Shown: positions 10,805 through 22,999 of the stretch, piece after piece
How the letters are laid out: the number at the start of each line of letters is the position of its first letter
Numbering within the stretch: position 1 is the stretch's first letter
NCBI GenBank assembly: GCA_963705105.1
Contig: CAVPIW010000002.1
Span: forward strand, 1-62,444
Source of the DNA: an uncultured Nitrospiraceae bacterium
GTDB lineage: Bacteria > Nitrospirota > Thermodesulfovibrionia > Thermodesulfovibrionales > Dissulfurispiraceae
Direction of reading: 5' to 3'
Length of the DNA: 62,444 nt
The notes under the pieces: model-generated
Told to the model about the DNA's origin: nothing
Seen by the model: the letters and a program-made list of their open reading frames with translations, nothing else
Databases searched by the model: none
Made by a program: the position numbers and the translations under genes

Positions 10805-11338
10805 CTATGGTTCGCCTATCCGTTCCGTTATGAACCTCCTGATCAGCGATGCCGCCTCGTCGACGGAGACCCTGTCTGTCTCGATAACCAATTCGGCACC
10901 GAGCGACTCCTCGTAAGGGACCTGCAGACCCGGCACGGGGGCGCCGACCATCCCTTTACGGTATATGTCGGGAGGCGCGCCGTGACGGTCTTTTCGTGAC
11001 GCCTCCCTTGCCATACAGACATCGAGGGGGCACCGCAGGTAGATCTCGGCAAAACGGGAAGCGGACGCACGGGCGAGGTCCCGCCATTGTCTCCTGTTGC
11101 CCGTCGCATCGATGATGACGTGATGCCCGAGGTCTGACAGGATGTGTGCTGTGTAGACAAGAGAGCGGTACACGATGTCCCTCTCCGCATCCGAATATGT
11201 CGGCACGGGTGTGACGACCTTCCGCATCTCGTCCATCCGGAGGATGACAAATCCGGGGAAGTCGTTTTTTATCCTGTCCGCGACGGCACTCTTGCCGCTG
11301 CCGGGCAGACCGGTGATCCAGAGCACAAGGCCCTTCAT
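10805..11338 (-). CDS. cysC: Adenylyl-sulfate (APS) kinase family protein
   Basis: VLWITGLPGSGKS P-loop; IDATGNRRQWRDLAR; EIYLRCPLDVC; VPGLQVPYE. Confidence 0.75.
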   Translation of the reverse strand: MKGLVLWITGLPGSGKSAVADRIKNDFPGFVILRMDEMRKVVTPVPTYSDAERDIVYRSLVYTAHILSDLGHHVIIDATGNRRQWRDLARASASRFAEIYLRCPLDVCMAREASRKDRHGAPPDIYRKGMVGAPVPGLQVPYEESLGAELVIETDRVSVDEAASLIRRFITERIGEP

Positions 11339-11478
11339 GGGTACAAGTATACAACAAGAACAGAGCGAAGTCGATGGGCGCGTTGTTGCCACGATGCCCC
11401 TGAAATTCTTGATATACCTTACAAATCAGGATGTTATTGCGATTGACTAAAGACGCCCCGTGAAGGTAATATGTCTCT

Positions 11479-14400
11479 ATGCAACACGCCGACTACGTCC
11501 CCCTGCACCTGCATACCGAATACAGCCTTCTCGACGGCGCCATCAAAATCGATGAGCTGGTAAAGAAGGCCGCCGATTTCCGCCTGCCCGCCCTTGCGAT
11601 TACGGACCACGGAAACCTTTTTGGCGCCGTCGAGTTCTACCGCAAGGCGATGAAGGCGGGGATCAAGCCCATCATCGGCTGCGAGATCTATGTGGCCCCG
11701 AACAGCCGGTTCGACCGGGCCAAGTCGGCCATCGACCCCAACCTTCCCGAGGAGGCGGCCTTCCACCTCATCCTCCTTGCGCGGGACAGCGCGGGATACC
11801 GGAACCTGACGACGATCGTGACGAAGGCGTACCTTGAGGGGTTCTACTACAAGCCGAGAATCGACAAAGACCTGCTCGAGCAATACAGCGGCGGACTCAT
11901 CGGGCTGAGCGCATGCCTCAAGGGCGAAGTGGCCTATTACCTTCAGCATGGCCAGATCGACAGGGCGAGAGAGGTGGCCCTTCAGTACAAGCATATCCTC
12001 GGTTCCGGTAATTTTTTCCTCGAAATCCAGTACAACGGTCTTGCCAAGCAGGACGAGGCGAACAAGAAACTCATCGAACTCGCCCAGGAGCTTCACATCC
12101 CCCTCGTTGCGACGAACGACTGCCATTACCTGCACAGGGAGGATTCGAAGGCCCATGACATTCTGCTCTGCATCCAGACGGGCAAGACCGTCCGTGACGA
12201 CAAGAGGATGCGGTTCGAAACGGACCATTTTTACTTCAAGTCTCCGGAAGAGATGACCGAGGCGTTCAGGGACGTGCCCGAGGCGATCGCCAATACCGTC
12301 CTCATCGCCGAACGGTGCAATCTCGATTTTGCCCTCGGGAAGAACCTCCTTCCCCACTATGCCGTTCCCGAGGGGACGACACCCGATTCCTATCTCGAAG
12401 AACTCGCCGTGAAGGGGTTACGGGACCGGTTCCGGGACGGGCCGCCGGCGCATTATACCGACCGCCTCATGATGGAACTCGAGGTAATCAGGAGGACGCA
12501 GTACTCGTCCTATTTCCTCATCGTCTGGGATTTCATAAGCTACGCCAAGGGAAGGGGGATACCCGTCGGACCCGGCCGTGGCTCCGCAGCGGGGAGTCTT
12601 GTCGCCTACACCCTCGGCATCACCGAAATAGACCCCATTAAATACAACCTTCTCTTTGAAAGGTTCCTCAATCCCGACCGGGTGAGCATGCCCGACATCG
12701 ATGTCGATTTCTGCAAGGACCGCAGGAACGAGGTCATTTCCTACGTCTCGGAAAAGTACGGCAAGGACCACGTGGCGCAGATCATCACCTTCGGCACAAT
12801 GGCCTCGAGAGCGGCGATCCGTGACGTCGGGAGGGTGCTCGACCTGCCCTACGCCGAGGTCGACAGGATCGCCAAGCTCATTCCGACGGGGGCGGACATC
12901 AAAGACATCGCGGGTGCGCTGAATGTGGAGCCGCAGCTGCGGGAGCTTTCCGAGGCGGACCCCCGGGTCCATGAGCTCCTGGACATCGCCAGCCGTCTCG
13001 AGGGCCTGTCGCGGCACGCGTCGACCCACGCGGCGGGAGTCGTCATCGCTCCGGAGCCGCTGACAAACTTCACGGCGCTCTACAAGCATCCCTCCGAAGA
13101 TACCGTCACAACGCAGTTCGACATGGGGTCCGTCGAGAAGGTGGGCCTGCTGAAATTCGACTTCCTTGGGCTTAAGACCCTGACGGTCATCGAGAAGGCC
13201 CTGCAATACATCAGGCAGAGCGGAAAGGACTTCAACCTGTCCGAAATACCCCTGGACGATGAAAAGACCTACCGTCTTCTCTGCACAGGCGAGACGACGG
13301 GCATATTCCAGGTCGAGAGCGACGGCATGCGCGACATCCTCGTGAGGATGCAGCCCAACCGTTTCGAGGAGCTCATCGCCCTCGTGGCCCTCTACCGGCC
13401 CGGGCCCATGGCCTGGATCGACGATTTCATCAGGTGCAAGAAGGGCGAACAGGAGATTACCTACGATCTGCCGGAGCTGAAGGAGATCCTCGGGGAGACG
13501 TACGGGATCATCCTCTACCAGGAGCAGGTGATGATGATCGCCAACAGGATCGCCAACTTCTCCATGGGGCAGGCGGACCTCCTGAGGCGCGCCATGGGCA
13601 AGAAGAAACAGGAAGAGATGGAAAAGCAGAAGGAGGTCTTCATCAAGGGAGCGGTTTCCAACGGCATCCCCGAGGGCAAGGCAAAGGACCTCTTCGAGCG
13701 CATGGAGCCCTTCGCGCGTTACGGATTCAACAAATCCCACTCCGCGGCGTATGCGTACATCGCTTACCAGACGGCCTATCTGAAGGCCCACTATCCCGTC
13801 GAGTTCATGACGGCGAACCTCAGTGCGGACATGGGCGACACCGACAAGGTCGTCAAGCTCATCGGCGAATGCAAACACATGTCGATAGAGATCCTTCCTC
13901 CCGACATCAATGAGAGCGAACGGGAATTCAAGATCGTCGGCAACTCCGTCCGTTTCGGCCTCGAGGCGGTCAAGGGGGTCGGCTCCTCGGCCATCGACGT
14001 CATGATCCAGGACAGGCAGGACGGTCCCTTCCGCTCCTTCGAGGATTTTCTCACGAGGATGGACTCGAAAAAAGTGAACAAGAAGGTGGTCGAGAGCCTC
14101 ATCAAGGCCGGGGCCTTCGACTCGCTTTACACCGAGAGCCCTTGTGTCGCCCGCGGGCGGGCCATGGACGCCCTGCTGTCGCCGGTGTCCGCGAAGTCCC
14201 TCGGCATGAGTCTCTTCGGGGAGCCTGAACCGTCTGCAGGATCCGATTCGAAAAGCTGGGACGAACCGACCATCCTGAAATACGAAAGGGAGGCCCTCGG
14301 TTTCTACCTCTCAGGCCATCCCCTCTCCCGTTACCGCAGGACACTCGCCGGTCAGGGCGTCATCACGATCTCGGGCATCGAAGAGAGGGCTGCCGCGCCC

Positions 14401-14895
14401 GGCGAAGGGCAGGAAGTGACCGTGGCGGGCATGATCGGCGACATGAGGAACAGGGCAAGGGAAAAGGGCGTCACCGCCTATCTCACCATCGAGGACGAAA
14501 CGGCAAACTGCGAAGTCCTCGTCTTCCCCGACCTGCACAGGAAGCACACGGACCTGCTCAGGAAAGGCGCCGGCATTATCGTGCGGGGTCAGTTGTTCAG
14601 CGCTGAAAAGGGGACGAAGATCATCGCCAGGGAGATACAGAACCTGGACGGGGTGGAGCTCACGATCAGGTACGAGGTGTCCGTCGGAGGGTCCGATACG
14701 GATGAGCTGACGAGGAAGCTCAAGGGCATCAGGAAATACCTCGGCATGAACAGGAAGGCGAAGGAGAACTGCTCGCTGTACCTCAAGGTCGTTCTCCCGG
14801 AATACTGTGTCGTCATCACGTCCCAGCTGCAGCCCGCAAACAACTTCCGCGAGGAAGTGGAACGGATAACGGGGAACGCCGTCCGGGTCCTATGA
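11479..14895 (+). CDS. dnaE: DNA polymerase III alpha subunit
   Basis: PHP domain [41 protein letters not shown]. Confidence 0.98.
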   Translation: MQHADYVPLHLHTEYSLLDGAIKIDELVKKAADFRLPALAITDHGNLFGAVEFYRKAMKAGIKPIIGCEIYVAPNSRFDRAKSAIDPNLPEEAAFHLILLARDSAGYRNLTTIVTKAYLEGFYYKPRIDKDLLEQYSGGLIGLSACLKGEVAYYLQHGQIDRAREVALQYKHILGSGNFFLEIQYNGLAKQDEANKKLIELAQELHIPLVATNDCHYLHREDSKAHDILLCIQTGKTVRDDKRMRFETDHFYFKSPEEMTEAFRDVPEAIANTVLIAERCNLDFALGKNLLPHYAVPEGTTPDSYLEELAVKGLRDRFRDGPPAHYTDRLMMELEVIRRTQYSSYFLIVWDFISYAKGRGIPVGPGRGSAAGSLVAYTLGITEIDPIKYNLLFERFLNPDRVSMPDIDVDFCKDRRNEVISYVSEKYGKDHVAQIITFGTMASRAAIRDVGRVLDLPYAEVDRIAKLIPTGADIKDIAGALNVEPQLRELSEADPRVHELLDIASRLEGLSRHASTHAAGVVIAPEPLTNFTALYKHPSEDTVTTQFDMGSVEKVGLLKFDFLGLKTLTVIEKALQYIRQSGKDFNLSEIPLDDEKTYRLLCTGETTGIFQVESDGMRDILVRMQPNRFEELIALVALYRPGPMAWIDDFIRCKKGEQEITYDLPELKEILGETYGIILYQEQVMMIANRIANFSMGQADLLRRAMGKKKQEEMEKQKEVFIKGAVSNGIPEGKAKDLFERMEPFARYGFNKSHSAAYAYIAYQTAYLKAHYPVEFMTANLSADMGDTDKVVKLIGECKHMSIEILPPDINESEREFKIVGNSVRFGLEAVKGVGSSAIDVMIQDRQDGPFRSFEDFLTRMDSKKVNKKVVESLIKAGAFDSLYTESPCVARGRAMDALLSPVSAKSLGMSLFGEPEPSAGSDSKSWDEPTILKYEREALGFYLSGHPLSRYRRTLAGQGVITISGIEERAAAPGEGQEVTVAGMIGDMRNRAREKGVTAYLTIEDETANCEVLVFPDLHRKHTDLLRKGAGIIVRGQLFSAEKGTKIIAREIQNLDGVELTIRYEVSVGGSDTDELTRKLKGIRKYLGMNRKAKENCSLYLKVVLPEYCVVITSQLQPANNFREEVERITGNAVRVL

Positions 14896-15872
14896 GCCAT
14901 TATCTCGATTTCGAAAGACCTCTGGAGGAGCTCGAATCCAGGATCAGGGAGCTGAAAAGGCTCACCGAAGGAAAGGAGACCGAGATGCCGGCGGAGATCA
15001 GGAAACTCGAAAAAAAGGCGAAAGACCTGAGGACGGAGATCTTCTCCAATCTCAATGCCTGGCAGAGAACGCTCATCGCCCGCCATCCCGAAAGACCCTA
15101 CACATTGGACTACGTCTCTCTCATCGCCGAGGATTTCGTCGAATTGCACGGTGACAGGAGGTTCGCCGACGATCCCGCCATCGTGGGCGGTATGGGCAGG
15201 ATCGGGGGGATGCCGATGATGATCATCGGCCACCAGAAGGGAAGAGGGACAAAGGAGAGGATTTCGCGGAATTTCGGCCAGCCGAACCCTGAGGGGTACC
15301 GGAAAGCCCTGAGGCTCATGAAACTGGCGGAGCGATTCAGGAGGCCCGTCGTCACGCTTGTCGACACCCCCGGCGCTTATCCCGGCATGGGGGCCGAAGA
15401 GAGGGGCCAGGCCGAGGCGATCGCGACAAACCTCATGATGATGTCGCAGTTAAGAACGCCCGTCGTCTCCGTCGTGATCGGAGAGGGAGGAAGCGGCGGC
15501 GCCCTTGCCCTGACTGTCGCAGACAAGGTCGCCATGCTCGAACATGCCGTCTATTCCGTCATATCACCGGAGGGGTGTGCCGCCATACTCTGGAAGAGAA
15601 ACGGGGAACTGTCCACCGATGACTACCTCCGCGCGGCCGAGGCACTGAAATTGACGGCCCAGGACCTGAAAGGCTTCAAGATCATCGATGATATCATTCC
15701 CGAACCCCTCGGGGGCGCCCACCGGGACCCGGAAACGGCGGCAAAGCGGATTGCGGACTATATCGTGAAAACCGTTGAGGGGCTCCAGGGGAAATCGCCG
15801 CACAGGCTCGTTGAGGAACGATATGTCAAAATACGGAAAATGGGGCGCGTCACGCCTCAAACAGGGCCTTGA
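14892..15872 (+). CDS. accA: Acetyl-CoA carboxylase carboxyltransferase alpha subunit
   Basis: [46 protein letters not shown]; conserved position after dnaE. Confidence 0.97.
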   Translation: MSHYLDFERPLEELESRIRELKRLTEGKETEMPAEIRKLEKKAKDLRTEIFSNLNAWQRTLIARHPERPYTLDYVSLIAEDFVELHGDRRFADDPAIVGGMGRIGGMPMMIIGHQKGRGTKERISRNFGQPNPEGYRKALRLMKLAERFRRPVVTLVDTPGAYPGMGAEERGQAEAIATNLMMMSQLRTPVVSVVIGEGGSGGALALTVADKVAMLEHAVYSVISPEGCAAILWKRNGELSTDDYLRAAEALKLTAQDLKGFKIIDDIIPEPLGGAHRDPETAAKRIADYIVKTVEGLQGKSPHRLVEERYVKIRKMGRVTPQTGP

Positions 15873-16758
15873 CGAAATCGCCGGGATCGAAGTCCTTGAG
15901 GTCGTCCACGCCTTCCCCGATCCCGATAAGCCGCACCGGGATGCCCGCCTCCCTCGTAATCGCGAATATGATGCCTCCCTTCGCCGTGCCGTCGAGCTTG
16001 GTGAGGGCGATACCGGACACCCCGATGGCCTCGTTGAATATCTGCGCCTGTCTGAGCGCGTTCTGACCCGTCGTCGCGTCGACGATGAGCAGGGTCTCCT
16101 GGGGGGCGTCAGGCACCGATTTCTTCACGACACGGTTGATCTTCTTCAACTCTTCCATCAGGGGGCTCTTGGTGTGGAGTCTCCCTGCCGTATCGATAAT
16201 GACCACATCGACGCCCCGGTGTTTGGCCGCCTCGACGGCGTCAAAGGCGACTGCCGCGGGGTCGGCGCCGCTCTGGTGTTTGATGATGTCGGCCCCTGTC
16301 CGGCTCGCCCAGATTTCGAGCTGTTCGATGGCGGCTGCCCTGAAGGTGTCGGCCGCAGCGAGGATGACGGAATAGCCGTCATTGATGAACCGTGAGGCCA
16401 GTTTGCCGATCGTCGTCGTCTTGCCGACACCGTTGACGCCGACGGTGAGTATGACGAAGGGCCGCTCTCCGAAGAGAACAATGGGCTGGGACCTGCCGAG
16501 GAGCGACGACATCCTCTCCCTCAGATAGTTCTTCACATCGTCAGGGGTACGCACGGCGCCCTCCCTCACCTTTTCCCGCAGTAAGTCCATGATCTCTTCC
16601 GTCGCCTTGCCCCCGAGATCGGAGGTGATCAGGATCTCTTCAATGTCATCGATCGTGGATTCGTCGATCCTGCGCTCGACAAGGACCGATTCGACCCGCT
16701 CGATGATCGTTTGTTTCGTCTTTTGCAGTCCCGCCTTGAGTTTATCGAAAAATCCCAT
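15850..16758 (-). CDS. ftsY: Signal recognition particle receptor FtsY
   Basis: [37 protein letters not shown]. Confidence 0.97.
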   Translation of the reverse strand: MGFFDKLKAGLQKTKQTIIERVESVLVERRIDESTIDDIEEILITSDLGGKATEEIMDLLREKVREGAVRTPDDVKNYLRERMSSLLGRSQPIVLFGERPFVILTVGVNGVGKTTTIGKLASRFINDGYSVILAAADTFRAAAIEQLEIWASRTGADIIKHQSGADPAAVAFDAVEAAKHRGVDVVIIDTAGRLHTKSPLMEELKKINRVVKKSVPDAPQETLLIVDATTGQNALRQAQIFNEAIGVSGIALTKLDGTAKGGIIFAITREAGIPVRLIGIGEGVDDLKDFDPGDFVKALFEA

Positions 16759-17000
16759 GGCTCCTCACTCGTTATGGCATATTTCGTGCCGGTCCTGATG
16801 CGGTGAATCGGAGTCGTTTCAGTATGTGATTAAAGGGCAGGAAACGACCAGGCGACCGGCAAGTTGATGGATATAGTAGCACAATGGCCGTTCCGGATTC
16901 ATCAGCCCGAAAGGGGCAGGGGTTTTAGGGGAGGCGCGCCCGCAGGGAGATCGGATAGCAACTCCTTGATAAAAGATATATATCTCTGATACCATTATTG

Positions 17001-17211
17001 ATGCCTGAGGACAGCATGAGGGCACGTCTGCTGCTGAGAGTCATCGCAAAAACTGTAGACTTCCTCATAATCGCCGTTGCTACGAAAACTGTGCCCCATA
17101 TCGGATTTCTCGCCGGTCTTGTCTCCCTCTCCATCAGTGACGGCCTCTTTTGATGGGAGAATCGCGGAGAAGACGGTACAGCGACTCAGGGTCGACTCCG
17201 GAACACTTTAA
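17001..17211 (+). pseudogene. Remnant of an RDD-family membrane protein gene
   Basis: MPEDSMRARLLLRVIAKTVDFLII...SDGLF* (stop 17151-17153); a +1 frame resumes DGR... and stops at 17211. The R..A..VD and DGLFDGR motifs resemble RDD proteins. Confidence 0.5.
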
Positions 17212-17241
17212 GACAGGAAACCGTGCAGGAGGAGGAAAGCA

Positions 17242-18273
17242 GTGTTCTTTCAGAAAATTCTCGGTATTTTTTCCACAGACCTCGCCATAGATCTCGGGAC
17301 GGCGAATACCCTTGTCTACGTCAAAGGCAAGGGCATCATATGCAACGAACCGTCCGTCGTTGTCCTCCGCAGGGACAACAAGAAACCCGTCGCCGTCGGT
17401 ATGGAGGCGAAGGAGATGCTCGGAAAGACGCCGGCGAACATCATCACGATCAGACCCATGAAAGACGGCGTGATTGCCGATTTCGACGCGACGGAGGAAA
17501 TGCTCAAATACTTCATCGCCAAGGCCCACGACCGCAAGAGTTTTCTCTCTCCCCGGGTCATCATAGGCGTTCCCTCGGGTATCACGCAGGTGGAGCAGCG
17601 GGCCGTCAAGGACGCCGCCCTTGCCTCGGGAGCGCGGGAGGTGTATCTCATCGAAGAACCGATGGCCGCTGCCATGGGTGTCGGCCTGCCCATCGACGAG
17701 CCTTCGGGAAACCTCATCGTCGACATCGGCGGCGGGACGACGGACGTCGCCGTCATATCGCTGGAGGGCATCGTCTGCAGCAAGGCGGTGAGGGTCGGCG
17801 GGGATAAGATGGACGAGGCGATCATGGCGTACATCAAGAGAAAGTACAATCTCATGATCGGAGAGCGCACGAGCGAGCAGATCAAAATAACGCTCGGCTC
17901 GGCATACGACACGAGCAAGACGGAGTCGATGGAAGTGAAGGGACGGGACCTCATCTCCGGCATCCCGAAGGGGATCAACGTGACGGCCACGGAGATCCGT
18001 CAGGCCCTGCAGGAAAGCATCGGGATCATCATCGACACCATCAAGGTCACCCTCGAAAACACGCCTCCCGAACTCTCGGCCGACATCGTCGACAGGGGCA
18101 TCGTGCTCGCCGGAGGGGGAGCACTCCTCAGGGGCCTCGACATACTCATCAGGGAGCAGACCGGGGTCCCCGTCGTCGTTCCCGATGACCCGCTCACGGC
18201 CGTTGTGCGGGGATGCGGCGCCATGCTCGACAAACTGGACCTTCTGAGGAAGGTGGCATTGAACACGAGTTAA
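17242..18273 (+). CDS. mreB: Rod shape-determining actin-like protein MreB
   Basis: IDLGTANTLV, RPMKDGVIADF, IEEPMAAA, DIGGGTT, LAGGGALL; GTG start with GGAGG RBS. Confidence 0.98.
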   Translation: MFFQKILGIFSTDLAIDLGTANTLVYVKGKGIICNEPSVVVLRRDNKKPVAVGMEAKEMLGKTPANIITIRPMKDGVIADFDATEEMLKYFIAKAHDRKSFLSPRVIIGVPSGITQVEQRAVKDAALASGAREVYLIEEPMAAAMGVGLPIDEPSGNLIVDIGGGTTDVAVISLEGIVCSKAVRVGGDKMDEAIMAYIKRKYNLMIGERTSEQIKITLGSAYDTSKTESMEVKGRDLISGIPKGINVTATEIRQALQESIGIIIDTIKVTLENTPPELSADIVDRGIVLAGGGALLRGLDILIREQTGVPVVVPDDPLTAVVRGCGAMLDKLDLLRKVALNTS

Positions 18274-19073
18274 TGACGAAGGGGAAGAAGAGACTTTTTT
18301 TTCTGTTCGTCCTTGTCTGCTCATTGTTCGTTCTCATGGTCCTTCAGCAAAGGATCATATCGTTTTCTTCTCTCAGGGGCATCGCCTATCCCTTCACCTA
18401 CGTCAACAGTGTCGTCGTGTCAATAAGGACCGGCATCAGTGACCACTGGCACGCCTATGAGGAAAACAAGCTCCTGAAGAAGGAGCTGACCGGACTTCGT
18501 CTTGAGCAGCAGCGGTATGATGAGGTGATCAGGGAAAACGAGCGGATACGGGAGCTGCTGACCCTCACGGAGCGCAATCCCAGATACGTCGCCACGTGCC
18601 GGGTCATCGCCCGCGGCTATGACCGTCTCCTCAACACCCTCCTGCTCGACAAAGGAAGCCGAAGCGGCATCCGGAAAGACATGGCGGTGGTCACGGCGAA
18701 GGGGCTCGCCGGGAGGATTCATGCCGTCGGTGAAAATCATTCGGAGATGCTCCTCCTGTGGGACCCGAACTTCTCCGTTGCTGTCCGGTTCGAAGACAGC
18801 AGGCGGGAAGGCGTCGTCTCGGGAACTGGACAGGCGTTATGCGTCCTGAAATACCTCTCGCCTGAAGAAAAAGTCGAAAAGGGTGAAGTCGTCATAACGT
18901 CGGGACTGGACGGGATTTTTCCCCAGGGGATTCCCGTCGGCGCCGTCTCCGAGGTGAGCAGGGAAGGCTCGGCATTTTACCTGTCCGTTGTCATTCAGCC
19001 TTTTCAGCCCTCCGGTACGGTTGAAGAAGTCGTCATCCTCAAAAGACCCTCTGATGCCCGTGATGTTCCATAA
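18273..19073 (+). CDS. mreC: Rod shape-determining protein MreC
   Basis: TM, coiled coil (EENKLLKKEL, RENERIRELL), LDKG..GI..DMAV, VITSGLDGIFPQGIPVG. Confidence 0.93.
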   Translation: MTKGKKRLFFLFVLVCSLFVLMVLQQRIISFSSLRGIAYPFTYVNSVVVSIRTGISDHWHAYEENKLLKKELTGLRLEQQRYDEVIRENERIRELLTLTERNPRYVATCRVIARGYDRLLNTLLLDKGSRSGIRKDMAVVTAKGLAGRIHAVGENHSEMLLLWDPNFSVAVRFEDSRREGVVSGTGQALCVLKYLSPEEKVEKGEVVITSGLDGIFPQGIPVGAVSEVSREGSAFYLSVVIQPFQPSGTVEEVVILKRPSDARDVP

Positions 19074-19575
19074 GATTCCGCCGTTGAAATGGATTCTTGC
19101 GGCCCTCGCCGTGTATATCGTCCAGACGACGCTCACTTTTTTCGGCATTCCCCTCAGTCTCGGCATCGCACTTGTTTATGCCTTTCTCCTGAAGACCCTC
19201 TATGAGCAGACGAAGGTCAGTGAATACCGGGGGATGCAGGCGGAACTCAAAGGCACGGCCTTCGGGATGGGGACGGGCATGGTTGAAGACCTGCTCGCAG
19301 GCTCTATCGTGGGGCCGGGCATCTTCAGCAAGGGGTTGATAGGGTTTGGCGGCGCGGCGCTCTTTTCCGACGCCATTCTTCGATGGTCCCCCCTTGTGGG
19401 CGCCGTTCTGATCAGCGTCATGACCTTCATGGACGGTCTGCTGATCATGCTCCTGCGGATCCTTTTTTCGGAAACGCAGATCAACAGGGCGGATGCGCTC
19501 TTTGCCCTCTCCATCCAGATGCTCATCAACATACCTTTCGGGCTGCTCCTGAAACCGAGGAGCGAAACGCCGTGA
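19063..19575 (+). CDS. mreD: Rod shape-determining protein MreD
   Basis: Hydrophobic ~170 aa between mreC and mrdA; G..G...DLL.G..G motif; start 19054 or 19063. Confidence 0.75.
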   Translation: MFHKIPPLKWILAALAVYIVQTTLTFFGIPLSLGIALVYAFLLKTLYEQTKVSEYRGMQAELKGTAFGMGTGMVEDLLAGSIVGPGIFSKGLIGFGGAALFSDAILRWSPLVGAVLISVMTFMDGLLIMLLRILFSETQINRADALFALSIQMLINIPFGLLLKPRSETP

Positions 19576-21335
19576 CTACCCTCTACCGCAGAATCCAGAT
19601 CGGGTCCTATGTCATCCTCATCTTCGTCCTGGTCCTCGGGCTGAGGCTCATGCAGCTTCAGGTGATCGAGGCGGACAAGTTCAAGCGGTTATCAGAGCAG
19701 AACAGGCTGAGAATTCTGCGGGTCCCCGCGGCAAGGGGCATCATCTTCGACAGGAACGGCGTCGCCCTCGTGAAGAACATCCCCTATTTCAGCGTCTCGA
19801 TCATGCCCGAGTCGAAGCAGACCGTCGATACGGCCGCCCTTGCCGAGCTGCTCGGGATGAGCAGGGATGACGTGGAGGAAAGGCTGAACAGGAAGAACCT
19901 GAGCCCCTTTGTCCCCATAAAGCTCAGGCTGGGTCTGACACAACGGGAAGTGGCCCGCATCGAGGCGAGGAGAGCCGATTTCCCCGGGCTCTCCATCGAT
20001 ACCGACATGGGCCGCGAGTATATCTTCGGGAAGGCGGGCTCACAGGTGGTCGGGTACCTCGGCAAGATCACGAACGCGCAGCTCATGAACCCCCATCTCA
20101 GGAACTTCCCGCCTGACACCATGATCGGGCAGTGGGGGATAGAGGCGATGTACGATGAACAACTGAGGGGAACGGCCGGGGAGAAGATCATCGAGATCGA
20201 CGCCCTCGGGAGGGAACTGCGCCTTATTCACGAACAAAAGCCCATGAGAGGAAAGGACATCACCCTCAGCATCGACATAGAGGTTCACAGAGCTATGGAG
20301 GGAGCCTTCGGTGAAAAGGCGGGAGCCGTCGTGGCCCTCGATCCCCGGTCGGGAGAGGTCCTTGCCCTTGAAAGCATTCCCACGTTCGATCCCAATGTCT
20401 TCGCCCGCGGCATGACAGCCGCCGAGTGGAAAGCACTCGTCGAGAACAAGAAAAACCCCATGCTCAACCGTGCCCTGCAGAGCCAGTATCCGCCGGGGTC
20501 GACCTTCAAGATCATCACCGCCGTCGCTGCTCTCGAGCGGGGCCTTATTACGCCGGACATGAGAGTATACTGCAAGGGGGGGATCTCCTATGGTCCCTGG
20601 ACCTTCGGATGCTGGCAAAAGGGAGGGCACGGCTCCGTCAATCTCCACCGGGCCATCGTGGAATCCTGCGATGTCTATTTCTATGAAGTCGGCAGAAGGC
20701 TCGGCATCGATGCAATCAGCCAGTATGCGCTCGCTTTCGGTTTCGGAAAGGAGACGGGACTCGCCATCCACCCGGTGAAGGAAAGAAGGGGCCTGATACC
20801 GACTGCCGAATGGAAGAAAGACAACAAGGGCCTGCCCTGGTATCTGGGGGACACCTTCATGTCGGCCATCGGTCAGGGTTTCATAACGGCGACTCCCCTC
20901 CAGACAGCCCTCATGATGTCGACCTTTGCAAACGGCGGGACGGTCATTGCTCCCACTTTGATAAAAGGGGAGTCGGGACGCCGCGAAACGCTGGGTCTTC
21001 GTCCTGATACGCTTGCATTGGTAAAAAAAGGTCTCGCCGGGGTGGTGAACGAAGGCAACGGCACGGCAAAGGGCGCCCGTTCGGCAATGACGGTCATCGG
21101 GGGCAAGACCGGGACTGCCCAGGTCATCGGCAAGAGAAAGGGCCCCGTCGCCGAGCGCTTCATGGACCACGCATGGTTCGTCGCATTCGCGCCGGTTGAG
21201 GAACCGGAGATAGCCGTCGCAATTTTTGTCGAACACGGCGGAAGCGGCGGAAAAACGGCGGCTCCCCTTGCCAGAAGAGCCGTTGATGCATACATGAAGA
21301 GCAAGAAGAAAGCGGAAAAGGCGGACAGTCAGTGA
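19572..21335 (+). CDS. mrdA: Penicillin-binding protein 2
   Basis: ARGIIFDRNG, YPPGSTFK (SxxK), SCD (SxN position), KTGTAQ; GTG start overlaps the mreD stop. Confidence 0.95.
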   Translation: MTTLYRRIQIGSYVILIFVLVLGLRLMQLQVIEADKFKRLSEQNRLRILRVPAARGIIFDRNGVALVKNIPYFSVSIMPESKQTVDTAALAELLGMSRDDVEERLNRKNLSPFVPIKLRLGLTQREVARIEARRADFPGLSIDTDMGREYIFGKAGSQVVGYLGKITNAQLMNPHLRNFPPDTMIGQWGIEAMYDEQLRGTAGEKIIEIDALGRELRLIHEQKPMRGKDITLSIDIEVHRAMEGAFGEKAGAVVALDPRSGEVLALESIPTFDPNVFARGMTAAEWKALVENKKNPMLNRALQSQYPPGSTFKIITAVAALERGLITPDMRVYCKGGISYGPWTFGCWQKGGHGSVNLHRAIVESCDVYFYEVGRRLGIDAISQYALAFGFGKETGLAIHPVKERRGLIPTAEWKKDNKGLPWYLGDTFMSAIGQGFITATPLQTALMMSTFANGGTVIAPTLIKGESGRRETLGLRPDTLALVKKGLAGVVNEGNGTAKGARSAMTVIGGKTGTAQVIGKRKGPVAERFMDHAWFVAFAPVEEPEIAVAIFVEHGGSGGKTAAPLARRAVDAYMKSKKKAEKADSQ

Positions 21336-22459
21336 AAGTAAACATTAATCCCCGTTTTTTCAAGAGTTTCGACTGGCTCACATTCGCCGTCATCATCGTT
21401 CTCGCGCTCATCGGCATCGCGACGATATACAGCGCCACACGACCCATCACCGCGCCTGAACATCCCGATTTCTACCTCAAACAGATGGTCTGGCTGTCCA
21501 TCAGCGTCGCCGCTCTGCTCATCGTCATCAGCTTCGATTATGTCTGGCTGTACCGCTTTTCCATGCCCCTGTACGGTGTCGGCTTTTTCCTCCTCGTCTT
21601 CGTGCTGTTCGTCGGCAGGACCACCATGGGCGCGCAGCGATGGATAAGCCTGGGCCCCCTTTCCTTTCAACCCTCGGAATTTTTCAGGGTCGTCTTCATC
21701 ATCGCCGCGTCGGCCTTTCTGTCGAGGAGCGGTCAGCACATACAGAAGGATGTGTTCCTGAAAAGTCTCGTTCTCTTCGGTATTATTCCGCTTGCGCTGC
21801 TCATCAAGCAGCCCGATCTCGGTACGGCCGTTCTCCTCGCAACAATCCTCGTCACCCTGCTCCTGTCGAAAGGCGTCAGCAGGAGGGTCATCACCGCCGT
21901 CGTCATCATAGCGCTCATCTCGGTGCCCTTCGTCGGCCACATCCTGTGGGAAGGACTGAAGGACTACCAGAAAAACCGCATCATCGCCTTCATGGACCCC
22001 GACGTGGACCCCGCCGGCATCGGATATAACATCAACCAGTCGAAGATCTCGATCGGCTCGGGCGGTCTGTTCGGAAAGGGGTACCTCAAGGGAACACAGG
22101 GACCTCTCAGGTTCCTGCCCGAAAAGCACACGGACTTCATATTCGCCGTCTATTCCGAGGAATGGGGCTTTGCCGGGAGCCTTTTCCTCGTCGCCGTCTA
22201 TCTCGTGCTTTTCCTGCGGGGACTCGACACGGCCGTAAAGGCCAAGGACGAGTTCGGCCGTCTGCTCGCTACAGGCATCACGTTCATGTTTTTCATCTAT
22301 TTCTTTGTCAATATCGGGATGACCCTCGGCATGATGCCCGTCGTGGGAGTACCCCTGCCCTTCGTGAGCTACGGCGGAACGGCCCTCCTCAGCAATTTCA
22401 TCGCCGCCGGCATACTCATCAGTATCAGGACAAGACGGTTCGAGCTTTTCTATCCGTAG
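21332..22459 (+). CDS. rodA: SEDS peptidoglycan glycosyltransferase RodA
   Basis: GAQRWI, FQPSEF, QPDLGT, LPEKHTDFIF, GVPLPFVSYGG. Confidence 0.96.
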   Translation: MKVNINPRFFKSFDWLTFAVIIVLALIGIATIYSATRPITAPEHPDFYLKQMVWLSISVAALLIVISFDYVWLYRFSMPLYGVGFFLLVFVLFVGRTTMGAQRWISLGPLSFQPSEFFRVVFIIAASAFLSRSGQHIQKDVFLKSLVLFGIIPLALLIKQPDLGTAVLLATILVTLLLSKGVSRRVITAVVIIALISVPFVGHILWEGLKDYQKNRIIAFMDPDVDPAGIGYNINQSKISIGSGGLFGKGYLKGTQGPLRFLPEKHTDFIFAVYSEEWGFAGSLFLVAVYLVLFLRGLDTAVKAKDEFGRLLATGITFMFFIYFFVNIGMTLGMMPVVGVPLPFVSYGGTALLSNFIAAGILISIRTRRFELFYP

Positions 22460-22528
22460 AAAAGGGTATGATACAATACAGATTAACGGATCGTTACCGG
22501 TCTGAAAACTCATCGAGCGGAGGGCATC

Positions 22529-22999
22529 ATGAAGGTCATAGAAGGAGAAATTCAGGCCCAGGGGCTTAAATTCGGCATCGTCGTGAGCAGGTTCAACGAT
22601 TTCATCACGTCGAAACTCCTCGACGGCGCTATCGACGGTCTGCTGCGGCATGGCGCAAGCGAGGACGACATCGAGGTCGTGAGGGTGCCCGGTTCTTTCG
22701 AGATCCCCCTCGTCGCAAAGAAGATGGCCGCGCAGGAGCGGTTTGACGCGGTCATCTGCCTCGGGACGGTCATCAGGGGAGCCACCCCCCATTTCGATTA
22801 TGTGGCCTCCGAGGTGTCGAAAGGCATCGCCGTCGCCGCCCTGGAGACGGGGGTCCCGATCGCTTTCGGCGTACTGACGACGGACACGATAGAACAGGCC
22901 GTCGAAAGGGCGGGCTCCAAGTCGGGCAACAAGGGATGGGATGCAGCCCTCACGGCGATCGAAATGGCCCAGGTCATAAAGAAGCTTCCGTTACGATGA
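22529..22999 (+). CDS. ribH: 6,7-dimethyl-8-ribityllumazine synthase
   Basis: [38 protein letters not shown]. Confidence 0.97.
   Translation: MKVIEGEIQAQGLKFGIVVSRFNDFITSKLLDGAIDGLLRHGASEDDIEVVRVPGSFEIPLVAKKMAAQERFDAVICLGTVIRGATPHFDYVASEVSKGIAVAALETGVPIAFGVLTTDTIEQAVERAGSKSGNKGWDAALTAIEMAQVIKKLPLR

Noticed and set aside
12418..13878. Long antisense ORFs (also 6685-7887, 20040-21236, 21329-22792, 40038-41303, 43380-45358)
   Set aside because: Shadow frames of GC-rich coding genes with no recognisable motifs.
16774..16788. Sigma-54-like TGGCAT-N5-GTGC box
   Set aside because: Single imperfect match next to the ftsY translation start with no supporting activator context.
17151..17153. TGA in the RDD-like remnant as selenocysteine
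   Set aside because: No Cys-type context or hairpin; the motif continues in another frame, which indicates a frameshift.
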